Shown: positions 33,043 through 42,756 of the stretch, one piece after another | How positions within the stretch are numbered: the stretch's first letter is position 1 | Layout: every line of letters begins with the position of its first letter | NCBI GenBank assembly: GCA_963804995.1 | Contig: CAWDSK010000003.1 | Location: 384,001 to 448,000 of the forward strand | Source of the DNA: an uncultured Acidobacteriota bacterium | GTDB lineage: Bacteria > Acidobacteriota > Terriglobia > UBA7540 | Direction of reading: 5' to 3' | DNA: 64,000 nt | Translations under genes and position numbers: made by a program | The notes under the pieces: model-generated | What the model was told of the DNA's origin: nothing | Databases searched by the model: none | The model's input: only the letters and a program-made list of their open reading frames with translations

Positions 33043-34134
33043 TTGTCATTCATCGAAGTTGAGAGCCTGACCAAGACGTATGGCACGTCGCTCGATGCGT
33101 TGCACGGCGTCACCTTCACGGTTGAAAAAGGTGAGTGGATCGCCGTGATGGGCCCGTCCGGCTCCGGCAAGAGCACTCTGCTGAACATTCTCGGCGGCTT
33201 GGACGCTTCCAGCTCTGGCCGCGTGTGGCTGGAGGGCCAGGATGTTTCCAAGCTCTCCGCCAATGAGCTCGCCCGCTTTCGGGCGGATAAAATCGGCTTC
33301 GTCTTCCAACAGTTCCACCTGGTTCCCTACCTGACCGCGCTCGAAAACGTGATGCTCGCGCAATACTTCCACAGCCTTTCGGATGAACGCGAGGCCGCTG
33401 AGGCGCTCCGCCGCGTGGGGCTCGGCGACCGCTTGGAACATCTGCCGTCCGAGCTTTCCGGGGGCGAGCAGCAGCGCGTGTGCGTGGCGCGGGCGCTCAT
33501 CAATCAGCCCAATCTGATTCTGGCGGATGAGCCCACGGGCAATCTCGATGAGGTGAATGAGGCCCTGGTGATGGGCCTGCTTTCGGAACTGCACCGCGAA
33601 GGTCACACCATCGTCATGGTCACGCACGATCCGGAAATCGGCCGCCTGGCCGAGCGCCGCATCGAATTGCACCACGGACGCCTGACGGAAGTTTCCGTCT
33701 TCCCCTCTTACGAGCAGGAGCTGATCGACAATCTGCTGAAGGCCGTCTGGCACGCACAGGAAGATACGGGCCGGAGCGTTCTGGAACCCGATGCGTTGCC
33801 TGAGTTCGCCCCCAACCGCGCCACCTTCCTGCTGATGGCGCAGGAAGGATTGATCGAGCTCGAAGGCCCGGCGCTAACGTTCAGCCCGCGCGGTGAGGCT
33901 CGGGCCCGGCATGTGCTGCGCCGGCATCGCCTTTCTGAACGACTTTTCTACGAAACCTTTGGCATCGACAAGGATGCGCTCGACGATCACGCCTGCAAAA
34001 TTGAGCACTCGCTCAGCCCGGAAGTGACGGAGAAGATCTGCACCTTCCTCCATCATCCACAGACCTGCCCCCACGGCTCGCCCATCCCCCGCGGCGAATG
34101 CTGCCTGAGAGAGGCAGTAAGCAGTAATCAGTAA
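33043..34134 (+). CDS. ABC ATPase (LolD/MacB type) fused to DtxR/MntR-type metal-binding dimerisation domain
   Basis: GPSGSGKS, LSGGEQQR, LADEPTGNLD; C-terminal RRHRLSERL, ACKIEH, HPQTCPHGSPIP. Confidence 0.9.
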   Translation: MSFIEVESLTKTYGTSLDALHGVTFTVEKGEWIAVMGPSGSGKSTLLNILGGLDASSSGRVWLEGQDVSKLSANELARFRADKIGFVFQQFHLVPYLTALENVMLAQYFHSLSDEREAAEALRRVGLGDRLEHLPSELSGGEQQRVCVARALINQPNLILADEPTGNLDEVNEALVMGLLSELHREGHTIVMVTHDPEIGRLAERRIELHHGRLTEVSVFPSYEQELIDNLLKAVWHAQEDTGRSVLEPDALPEFAPNRATFLLMAQEGLIELEGPALTFSPRGEARARHVLRRHRLSERLFYETFGIDKDALDDHACKIEHSLSPEVTEKICTFLHHPQTCPHGSPIPRGECCLREAVSSNQ

Positions 34135-34954
34135 GCAGAAGGCAGCGAGCACTTCGTGCGAGTCCCGACGAGTCGGGAAACCGGGTAGCATAGAGTCTCG
34201 CGTTTTCCGAGACTCTGCGGCTCTTCGTTCGTAGGGTGCGACTTCCTATCACCGCTTACGACCTTCTCTGTTCTCTGTTCCCTGTCCCCTACCGCCTCAC
34301 GTGTCAAAGCCATGTGTTAATAAGACAGTGCATGTTTATCATATTAAGAACCGCAGAGTCTGAAAGGCACAGACTCTGATGCGCTACCCGCTGCGACCGG
34401 GGCGCGCGGCAGTGCGGCAGTTTGATTTTGCGGGGTCTTATGCGGGCCGGGCAGGGAAAGCACCGCAAGCCTATGTATGTAGCCTATTCATCGGGAGAGG
34501 GGCGCCGGGGTTCCCGGTTCAGGCCGGGGATCGTGGTCGCCCCAGCGGCATTCTCTGCATAGCGATCGCCAGACCGTCCCTCTGCACCAGGGAATTCTCA
34601 TGGGTCACGAAGCGGTTGTTCTGGGCTTTTCGGCCCTTACCAACTGGACACATTGTCATCCTGTTTTACCATTTTTCATATCGTTACTAACCATATTTGT
34701 TTTCAATAACCTCTCAGCTTTGGCAAACAGAAAACCCGAGTTGACGCGCTTTGTTTTCAACATGTTCTCAGCTTTGGGCGTTTTGGGCATCCTGCGACAC
34801 AATGTCGGCTAAAAATGGATAGCTCGAACGGTCTGTTTTCAGTCTCACTTTTCAGTCCTCCTTGTGCCGCGACTCACGCCGGGCCCTTTGGAGCGTCGAG
34901 GCAGTCTAGATTATACGCGACATTAAAGCACAATGTAAAGCCTAATATGTTCTG

Positions 34955-35043
34955 GGTGCTATCCTAATTTCAAATGTCGCGCCGGCTTCCAGCCGGCATT
35001 GAGCCGCGATGCATCGGGGCGCTACGTTCAAATTAGGGCACTA
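34955..35043. mobile_element. MITE-like element with GTGNTRTCCTAATTT termini
   Basis: GGGTGCTATCCTAATTT...AAATTAGGGCACTA; relative at about 63326-63417. Confidence 0.55.
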
Positions 35044-35656
35044 ACTTACTTGACTCATCCACTAGGCAGGTTGGCGCAGAGCGAGCTCAGCTCTGCGATT
35101 CACGTCTCTGACCAAGCCGCCGATTCTCCTATTGTGCCGATCTAGGAAACATGCTTCCGATTCTTTCGTCTGAACGATTCATGCCCCTGACCAGGGACCG
35201 GCTGGCTTGACTATATCGCTGCGCTCGCCCTGCGCCAACCCGCCGTACTAATGTCTCTGCCGGGGCACTCGGTCATCTTACTCCCTTTAAGGGCCGCCTA
35301 CATCCCGACCGAGCGCGCCGGAACGTGTGCGCCACCCGCGGGAAAGCCAGGGGCTAGGGACTGGGGGCTTGGGATTAGGGAAAATCGACCGCCCCCGACC
35401 GCCCCGCTGTGACACACTTCCCCGCTACGGTAATCGGATGAATGGGACGCGAACCTGAACCTAACTCGATGGCTCGGAAACCGCCGATCGCTCAATCGCT
35501 AATTCACCCGATCACCCAATGATTCAATGACCCAATGAATCAATGACCCAATGAATCAATGACCCAATCCGCGCTGTGCCGCACTCCCCGGTGCTGACAG
35601 CTCACAGCTGACAGCTCACAGTTTTCCCCAGCCCCGAGCCCCTAGCCCCCAGTCCC

Positions 35657-36739
35657 GTGCCCCGTCACCTGACCTTCCTTACTATTCAAGGCTCGCGCGG
35701 GCAAGACAACCTCGCAACACACCGCCACATCCAAGGCGGGGAACGCTCTCGAAAATTCTCTGTCGGGCCAGATCATAGCGGCCCGCAAGGCGGTGCTATT
35801 GTGTGGCTGCACCCTCGAAGTGTCTCTCCAGGCAAGCAAGCTGACCCTGATTCTAAGGCACCCGCTCCCCGCGCCTTTGAACCGACATCGTTCGACGCGC
35901 CTCCCCTTTCGCTCTCACTCCTTTGGCAGGATTATCCGCAGAACCCTTTTTCGTGGGCGAATTCCCTGCTCGTTCATCTCTTGGTACTCACGGCCCTATT
36001 GCTGCCCTATGGAACTCATTGCCTAATTGCCCCCCCACAAATTACCAGGGAATTTCCCGACCACTGGAGGATTATCCCCCTTACGTTCCCTCAACTCCGC
36101 GGCCCCGATGAGAAGACCGGTGGTGGAGGAGGAGGCGGAACCCAGTCTCCTTTTCCCGCCTCGCGCGGCGCCATCCCCCGTTTCGCAAATGAGCAATACG
36201 CTCCGCCCGCGGTCAAGATTCCGAACCTGGCGCCGGTCCTGGCGGTTGAGCCGACCTTGCTCGGCCCGCCTGAATTGAAACTCCCGGCCATGAATGAGTA
36301 CTCGACCTGGGGCGATCCCCATGGCGTTCTGGGACCAGCTTCGAACGGCTCTGGGCTGGGTGGCGGAATCGGCGATGGCAAGGGCACCGGGGTGGGCCCC
36401 GGCAAGGGTCCGGGTTATGGGCCCGGTTCAGATGGAGGTTGCTGCGGAGACGCCTTTACGGTCGGCGGCCAGGTCATCGGGCCGGTCCCCATTTACAAGC
36501 CGGAACCTGCCTACTCAGAAGAAGCGCGTAAGGCCAAGTACTCCGGCACCGTGACGTTGTGGATTGTCGTCGACCCGCAGGGCAGCGTGCGCGACATCCG
36601 CCTGGTAAAGGGTGTGGGTATGGGCCTGGATGAGAAAGCCGAAGAAGCCGTGCGCACTTGGAAATTCAAGCCTGGCACTCGCCTGGGGGTGCCAGTGGCA
36701 GTGCGGGTGATGGTGGAAATCGCCTTCCGGCTATTCTGA
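35657..36739 (+). CDS. TonB family energy transducer; start uncertain
   Basis: TM SLLVHLLV, Gly/Pro-rich linker, PEPAYSEEARKAKYSGTV, AVRTWKFKP. Confidence 0.85.
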   Translation: MPRHLTFLTIQGSRGQDNLATHRHIQGGERSRKFSVGPDHSGPQGGAIVWLHPRSVSPGKQADPDSKAPAPRAFEPTSFDAPPLSLSLLWQDYPQNPFSWANSLLVHLLVLTALLLPYGTHCLIAPPQITREFPDHWRIIPLTFPQLRGPDEKTGGGGGGGTQSPFPASRGAIPRFANEQYAPPAVKIPNLAPVLAVEPTLLGPPELKLPAMNEYSTWGDPHGVLGPASNGSGLGGGIGDGKGTGVGPGKGPGYGPGSDGGCCGDAFTVGGQVIGPVPIYKPEPAYSEEARKAKYSGTVTLWIVVDPQGSVRDIRLVKGVGMGLDEKAEEAVRTWKFKPGTRLGVPVAVRVMVEIAFRLF

Positions 36740-36784
36740 TTGCTCACACGATGCTGCAGGCCGCCGGAGTTTGCTTGCGCCTCG

Positions 36785-37108
36785 CTAAGGTGGAGCAATG
36801 GCTGTGTACTCGAGCTTCAGTAGAGCCTTGCAGGCTATGCAAACGCAATCCAGGGGGGAAGCTGAGTCGCCTATGGCGAACACTTTGGTTTCGCCGCATC
36901 GCGCGCAGGCTGTCGTGGGCGCGCTGGGGTCAGAATCGGGAGGGATTTCAAAGTCCTCTTTGACTTCGCCCACCCGCGTCGTTTCCAACTCGAACGTCGT
37001 GTAACAATCATTGCACACGTGGTTAAAGCAGCACTCGGGTTTGCAGGAATAGACGACTTCTGTGGACCCGCAATGCGGACAAAGGGTGGCGAGGGGCTTA
37101 AGCGTCAT
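36785..37108 (-). CDS. Small Cys-rich (zinc-ribbon-like) hypothetical protein
   Basis: CPHC, CKPECCFNHVCNDC, CARC, CIAC in 107 aa. Confidence 0.7.
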   Translation of the reverse strand: MTLKPLATLCPHCGSTEVVYSCKPECCFNHVCNDCYTTFELETTRVGEVKEDFEIPPDSDPSAPTTACARCGETKVFAIGDSASPLDCVCIACKALLKLEYTAIAPP

Positions 37109-37303
37109 CGTAATTTCAGAATGACGCAGTCCCAGATGTGCTGTCAAGCGCTGTCCCACTTGCTGCTCAAAGTGCGCCTTAGCGCGCCATAGCGCGCGAC
37201 GTCCCACCAACTTCCCCTCGACATTACCAAAAGATCACGACAATTTCAGCCCCCGCGCTTTTCCACTTGTCAGCCAGACGAGGAAGAATGACAATACGCG
37301 CGG

Positions 37304-38205
37304 ATGAGTTCACCGCGCACCTATTGGACGTTTGCACGCCCCTTCACCTTGGTTCCTCCCATGACCGGGATTTTTTCCGGAACCCTTCTGGGCTATGGAG
37401 CGACGCACGCCTCTGTTCATCCTGTGCGAATCACGCTGGCCGTACTCGCCGCAGGAGTGCTCAACGCCGCCTCGAACGGGCTGAACCAAATCTGCGACCT
37501 TACCAACGATCGCATCAACAAGCCGCACCGACCGCTGCCCTCCGGCCAACTGAACATGCGCCAGGCCTGGGCTTTTACCATCGCGACATACGCGTTGGCG
37601 CTCGCGATGGTGGCAGTGGTGAATCTCGAGACCTTTGCCATTTACGCGATTGCCGCGCTCGGCACGGTGGCATATTCCGCGCCTCCGGTGCGGCTGAAGC
37701 GCCATCCTGTGGGCTCCAATCTGATCATCGCGCTCATTCGCGGAGGGCTGCTCAAAGTGGCGGGATGGGCCGCGGTCGCAACCGTGCTCCATTCGGTTGA
37801 GCCCTGGTACATCGGGAGCATCTATTTCATTTTCCTCCTGGGAGCAACCACCACGAAGGATTTCGCGGATATCGCGGGCGACCGCGCCGCGGGCTGCATC
37901 ACCCTGCCGGTCAAGTACGGCCCCGTCTGGAGCGCGCGCGCCATCAGCCCGGCTTTTCTTGTCCCTGGTTGTTGTTGCCTCTTGGCCTCGCATTCCATAT
38001 ACTGAGTGGCGATCCCACGGCCATCCTGGTGTTGAGCGTCATCATGCTGACTTGGGGTGCGTACGTCGCCTATTTAATTAACAAGGATCCGCGCCGACTG
38101 GTCACCGAAGGTGAAAACCATCCTTCCTGGCATCACATGTACTGGATGATGATGGTGGGCCATTTAGGCCTGGCTGGGGCATATTTGATTCGATTGGCTC
38201 GTTAA
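37304..38205 (+). CDS. UbiA superfamily prenyltransferase; frameshift near 37963
   Basis: NQICDLTNDRINKPHRPLPSG and KDFADIAGD motifs; C-terminus continues in ORF 37969..38205. Confidence 0.88.
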
Positions 38206-38234
38206 GTTGCCTGGTTCGATTACCCAATAACTTC

Positions 38235-39227
38235 ATGATACTCCTGACTGGTGCTACCGGATATCTCGGCTCTCAAATCGCGCGTGAGCTCAGAGCGCGA
38301 CGCACGCCTTTCCGCGTTTTGGTACGCGATGCCGCCCGCCTGGACTTTGACCCGGCACAACACCAATGCGAAGTGGCCGTGGGCGATCTCGGTGACCGCG
38401 AAGCCCTGCGCACCGCGCTGCGCAAGGTGGATGCAGTTATCCACACGGCTGGCCTTGTCAAGATGTGGGTGCGCGACACGCGTGAGTTCCGGCGCATCAA
38501 CCTTGAGTGCTTGCAGACGTTGCTCGAAGAGGCTGTACGGGCGGGCGTGCCTAGGGTCGTCTATACGTCTTCGTTCATTGCCCTGGGGCCATCGGCGGAC
38601 GTGATTGCGGCGGAGGGGCTGCGCAACGCCGGGCCGTTTGCGAATGAGTATGAGGAAAGCAAGGCCGCGGCGCTCGAGTGGCTGCGCAGTGAAGGCCTGC
38701 GCAAGTTCCCGGTCATCGTGCTGCTCCCCGGCGTCATTTACGGCCCCGGACCAAGCACGGAGGGCAACCTGGTGGGCGGCATGATCACCCAGTACATCGA
38801 GGGAATCCTCCCCGGGGTGCTCGGTTCCGGCGAGCAGCGCTGGAGTTTTGCCTTTAACTCCGACGTGGCAAACGCGCACTTGGCCGCTCTCGACAAGGGA
38901 AGGCTGAGTGAAGAGTATGTGCTGGGAGGAGATAACCGCTCGCTCAATGATTTCTTCCGCGTGTTGGCGGGATTCACTCACATCCGGCGGAGGATTCGCC
39001 ATATTCCTTTTGCTCTGGGGAGGCTCCTGGGCGCCGCCGAAGTTGCGCGCGCGCGAGTTTTTGGTCACGCTCCACTGCTTACTCCCGGAGTCGTAGAGAT
39101 CTTCAAGCATGACTGGGTTTATTCGAGCGCCAAGGCGATTCGCGAACTTGATTATTGGGTGGCGCCGCTCGAAGAGGGGTTGCTGAAGACGCTGGACATC
39201 ACGAAGCCTCACGACGCCCCAAAATAA
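38235..39227 (+). CDS. Extended SDR, farnesol dehydrogenase/HpnA-like
   Basis: TGATGYLG, YTSSFIALG, YEESK, PGVIYGPG. Confidence 0.85.
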   Translation: MILLTGATGYLGSQIARELRARRTPFRVLVRDAARLDFDPAQHQCEVAVGDLGDREALRTALRKVDAVIHTAGLVKMWVRDTREFRRINLECLQTLLEEAVRAGVPRVVYTSSFIALGPSADVIAAEGLRNAGPFANEYEESKAAALEWLRSEGLRKFPVIVLLPGVIYGPGPSTEGNLVGGMITQYIEGILPGVLGSGEQRWSFAFNSDVANAHLAALDKGRLSEEYVLGGDNRSLNDFFRVLAGFTHIRRRIRHIPFALGRLLGAAEVARARVFGHAPLLTPGVVEIFKHDWVYSSAKAIRELDYWVAPLEEGLLKTLDITKPHDAPK

Positions 39228-39282
39228 AGCCGCTGCTAATTTGGGGTCACGCACCCTGGCGCGAGGAAGTGGTCTGCTACTG

Positions 39283-40656
39283 ATGAACCTATCGGAACTT
39301 CCCCATTCCGGCACGATCGCGCGGTCACCCCTCCTTTCCACGCGCAAGATCGTCCACATGTCAATGTTGAGCTTCGCGTTCTTGCTGCCGTATCTCACCT
39401 GGACACAGGCAGCGGGATGCGCACTCCTGGCGCTGTTATTCAACTTGGTCATACTGCCACGGCTCGCTGTCGACTTGCGTAAGGCTCCGGTGGGCGCCCC
39501 GGACGCCAACCTGTGGACCGGCATCGTCATCTACCCCATTTCCGTCCTCGCCCTGATTCTGCTTTACCGCCATGACCTGCAGATTGTAGGGGCCGTGTGG
39601 GCCATCCTGGCGTTGGGCGATGGCATGGCAGGTGTGGCAGGCAGCACCCTGGGTGGACCGGCGCTTCCCTGGAATCGGGAAAAAACCTGGTCGGGATTTG
39701 TGGGATTCCTCGTAGCCGGCACGGCGGGGGCGTACGTCCTGACGCGTTGGATAGCGCCCTCGGTTGCACCTGACTTCGCGCTGAGGATTTGCGCGGCCAC
39801 GGCGCTGGTGGGCGCGCTTGTAGAGTCCGCGCCCATTCGCCTGGACGACAACGCCTCGGTTCCCTTGGTGGCGGGCGCCTTCATGTTCTGCGCGTATTTC
39901 ATCGAGCGGAGCGCGCTGGACAGTAACCTGCCATACCTCGGGCGCCGCATCCTCCTGGCCGCGGCAATCAATCTCAGTTTGGCGATCCTGGCCTTAGCGC
40001 TCAAGATGGTCAATCGCTCGGGCGCGATCTGCGGATTCCTGCTGGGCATAGCGGTCTATCTTGGCTACGGCTACAAAAGCTTCTTGCTGATGTTTGCTTT
40101 CTTCCTGGTGGGTTCCCTCGCCACCCGGCTCGGATATGCGCGCAAGGCGGCTCGGGGAGTAGCGGAGAAGCGCGGAGGAGCCAGAAGTTGGCGGGAGGCG
40201 ATGGCCAACTCGCTGGCGGGCGCCTTCTTCGCCATACTCGTCATCACCACCCACCACGAGGGCGCCTTCCTGATAGCCTTGATTGCCGCGTTCGCAGAAG
40301 CTACGGGCGACACCACCTCAAGCGAGATTGGGCAGTGGCTTTCCAGTCGCGCCTACTTGATCACGACTTTCAAATCGGTTCCTGCCGGTGAAGATGGCGG
40401 CGTCTCCGTGGGAGGCAGTGTGGCGGGCGCACTCGCCTCCGCCCTCATCGTGGGACTGGGCTTCGGCTTGGGCCTATGTGGGAAAGGCGGAGCGGCCATG
40501 GCGCTGGCGGGGGCTGTGGCCGGAAACCTGCTCGATAGCATTCTGGGCGCCACGCTGGAGCGGCGCGGACTGGTTACCAACGGCATCGTAAACTTCGCGG
40601 GCACCAGCTTTGCCGGCGCACTGGCCTTGTGCATCGCGCTGCACTTGGGTTTCTAA
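39283..40656 (+). CDS. Phytol/dolichol kinase-like domain fused to DUF92 domain
   Basis: RKIVH, GDGMA, KTWSG, DDNASVP; then GARSWREAMAN, GDTTSSEIG, GEDGGVS, DSILGATLE. Confidence 0.82.
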   Translation: MNLSELPHSGTIARSPLLSTRKIVHMSMLSFAFLLPYLTWTQAAGCALLALLFNLVILPRLAVDLRKAPVGAPDANLWTGIVIYPISVLALILLYRHDLQIVGAVWAILALGDGMAGVAGSTLGGPALPWNREKTWSGFVGFLVAGTAGAYVLTRWIAPSVAPDFALRICAATALVGALVESAPIRLDDNASVPLVAGAFMFCAYFIERSALDSNLPYLGRRILLAAAINLSLAILALALKMVNRSGAICGFLLGIAVYLGYGYKSFLLMFAFFLVGSLATRLGYARKAARGVAEKRGGARSWREAMANSLAGAFFAILVITTHHEGAFLIALIAAFAEATGDTTSSEIGQWLSSRAYLITTFKSVPAGEDGGVSVGGSVAGALASALIVGLGFGLGLCGKGGAAMALAGAVAGNLLDSILGATLERRGLVTNGIVNFAGTSFAGALALCIALHLGF

Positions 40657-40689
40657 CCCGGATATCTCCCTACACCGTAGGCAGTGAAC

Positions 40690-40828
40690 GTAGCGCGGAC
40701 CTCCGCTGTTGAGGTCCGCGGCCCTTCATGCGAAAAACTCCAGATCTCAAAGAAGCGAGCTGCCTTCAGATTCAGTAGCGTGATTCTAATGAAGAACCGC
40801 AGACCTCAACCCCGGAGGTCTGCGCTAC
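40690..40828. repeat. REPIN-like element
   Basis: Same family as 31589-31728. Confidence 0.8.
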
Positions 40829-40958
40829 ACTCACGGGTCGCCGCGGCGACGCGGTGGCAACCGCTGCGCCTAGAATCTCGTTTACAACTTTCTTGCTCAG
40901 ACGCTAGAATGAAAGGGAAGTTAAGCACAAGTTCGGGCACCGTCTTTTTTTACAACTC

Positions 40959-41453
40959 ATGGCTGAGATCCTTGCAATCTATCCCGGATCTTTCGATCCG
41001 ATGACGAATGGCCACCTCGATTTGATTGAGCGGGGCAGCCATCTCTTCGATCGGCTGATCGTTTCGGTCCTGACCAACCTCGACAAGGACCCGCTTTTCA
41101 CGGTGGCCGAACGCGTCGAAATGCTCCAGGAAGCAGCGTGCCACATTCCGAACGTCTCGGTGGATACCTTCAGCGGCCTGCTGGTCGATTACGCGCGGCA
41201 GAAGCAGGCGCAAGTGATTTTGCGGGGGATTCGCGCTTTCACGGACTATGAATATGAGCTACAGATGGCGCTGATGAATCGCAAATTGGAGCCCGAACTG
41301 GAAACCGTTTTCTTGATGCCCGCTCTCTCCTACACCTACGTCAGCTCGCGCCTGGTGCGGGAGATCTTTCAACTCGGGGGTTCCGTCAAAGACCTGGTTC
41401 CCGCCCTGGTCGAAGAGCGGCTTCGTCAGAAAGTCTTTCAAGGCAAGACGTAG
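40959..41453 (+). CDS. coaD: Phosphopantetheine adenylyltransferase
   Basis: YPGSFDPMTNGH, RGIRAFTDYEYE, SSRLVRE. Confidence 0.97.
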   Translation: MAEILAIYPGSFDPMTNGHLDLIERGSHLFDRLIVSVLTNLDKDPLFTVAERVEMLQEAACHIPNVSVDTFSGLLVDYARQKQAQVILRGIRAFTDYEYELQMALMNRKLEPELETVFLMPALSYTYVSSRLVREIFQLGGSVKDLVPALVEERLRQKVFQGKT

Positions 41454-41471
41454 GAAGCGGATGAAGAAGGA

Positions 41472-41545
41472 CGTAGCGGCGGGTTTACCCCGCCATCAGG
41501 CCCGCGATCACGTGGCATAAAATGGCGGGGTAAACCCGCCGCTAC
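41472..41545. repeat. REP-like inverted pair
   Basis: GTAGCGGCGGGTTTACCCCGCCAT ... ATGGCGGGGTAAACCCGCCGCTAC. Confidence 0.75.
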
Positions 41546-41579
41546 TTCCCGCCGGCCTAACTTCCCAGATTGGATTAGG

Positions 41580-42749
41580 ATGCAATTCTCCGAGCGGATT
41601 TCACGGATTACTGTCTCTTCCACGGCTGCGGTTTTGCAGAAGGCCGATAAGCTGCGCGCCATGGGCGTGAAGTTGGTCGACTTTGGCGCCGGCGAGCCCG
41701 ACTTCCCTACCCCCGACCACATTAAGCAAGCCGCAGTCCAAGCGCTCGAGGAGAACTTCACCAAATACACTCCCACGGGCGGCATCCGCGACTTGAAAGC
41801 TGCTCTCGTCGACCGCCACGCCAAAGATTTTGGTTCGAACTACTCGGTGGAGGAATGTCTGGTCACCGTGGGCGGCAAACACGCCATTTTTGAAGCGATG
41901 GTGGCCACCCTTAATGACGGCGACGAGGTTATTCTCCCTGTCCCTTATTGGGTTTCCTTCCTGGACATCATCCAATACGCCGGCGGCAAGGCGGTCATGC
42001 TCGAAACCCAGGAGGCGGAGAACTTCGCCGTGCGCGCCGAGGCAGTAGAAAAGCTGATCACGCCGCGAACCAAGGCGATCATTATAAATTCTCCCAACAA
42101 TCCCACCGGCGCGGTGGTGCCTCCTCAGGAGATGCAGAAACTGCTGGACGTAGCCGTCCGGCACAATCTCCTATTGTTATCCGACGAATGCTATTGCCAA
42201 TTCTTATATGATGACCAGCCGTTTTCGTTGGGGAGTTTGAAGGATCGCGAAAACCTCTTAATAGTGGGCTCGCTTTCGAAAACCTACGCCATGACTGGCT
42301 GGCGCGTCGGGTTTGCTCTGGGGGCTACCAAGCTGCTTGCCAACATGCTGAAGCTGCAAAGCCACTCCACTTCCAATCCCACGTCGATCGCGCAAAAGGC
42401 AGCCGTGGAGGCATTACGCGCCTCCCAGGATTCCGTGCGCGCCATGCTGGCGGAGTATCGCCGGCGCCGCGACCATGTAGTGGAAGGCCTGAGGGCCATC
42501 CCCGGAATCAAGTGCACGCTTCCCGAAGGCGCGTTTTATGCTTACCCCAATATCTCGGCTTATCTGAATCGGGACGGCCTGGCAGACACTACCGTACTTG
42601 CGGAAAAGCTCCTGGATGAAGCCCATGTCGCCGTGGTGCCCGGGCAGGCATTTGGAACGCACCAACACGTGCGAATTTCCTACGCGACTTCCCTGGGGCA
42701 AATCGAGGAAGGGTTAAGGCGGATGGCAGCTTTCTTCGCCCGGTTCTAA
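41580..42749 (+). CDS. Class I PLP aminotransferase (aspartate aminotransferase-like)
   Basis: GEPDFPTP, NSPNNPTG, SDECY, SKTYAMTGWRVG. Confidence 0.93.
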   Translation: MQFSERISRITVSSTAAVLQKADKLRAMGVKLVDFGAGEPDFPTPDHIKQAAVQALEENFTKYTPTGGIRDLKAALVDRHAKDFGSNYSVEECLVTVGGKHAIFEAMVATLNDGDEVILPVPYWVSFLDIIQYAGGKAVMLETQEAENFAVRAEAVEKLITPRTKAIIINSPNNPTGAVVPPQEMQKLLDVAVRHNLLLLSDECYCQFLYDDQPFSLGSLKDRENLLIVGSLSKTYAMTGWRVGFALGATKLLANMLKLQSHSTSNPTSIAQKAAVEALRASQDSVRAMLAEYRRRRDHVVEGLRAIPGIKCTLPEGAFYAYPNISAYLNRDGLADTTVLAEKLLDEAHVAVVPGQAFGTHQHVRISYATSLGQIEEGLRRMAAFFARF

Positions 42750-42756
42750 CCAGGTC

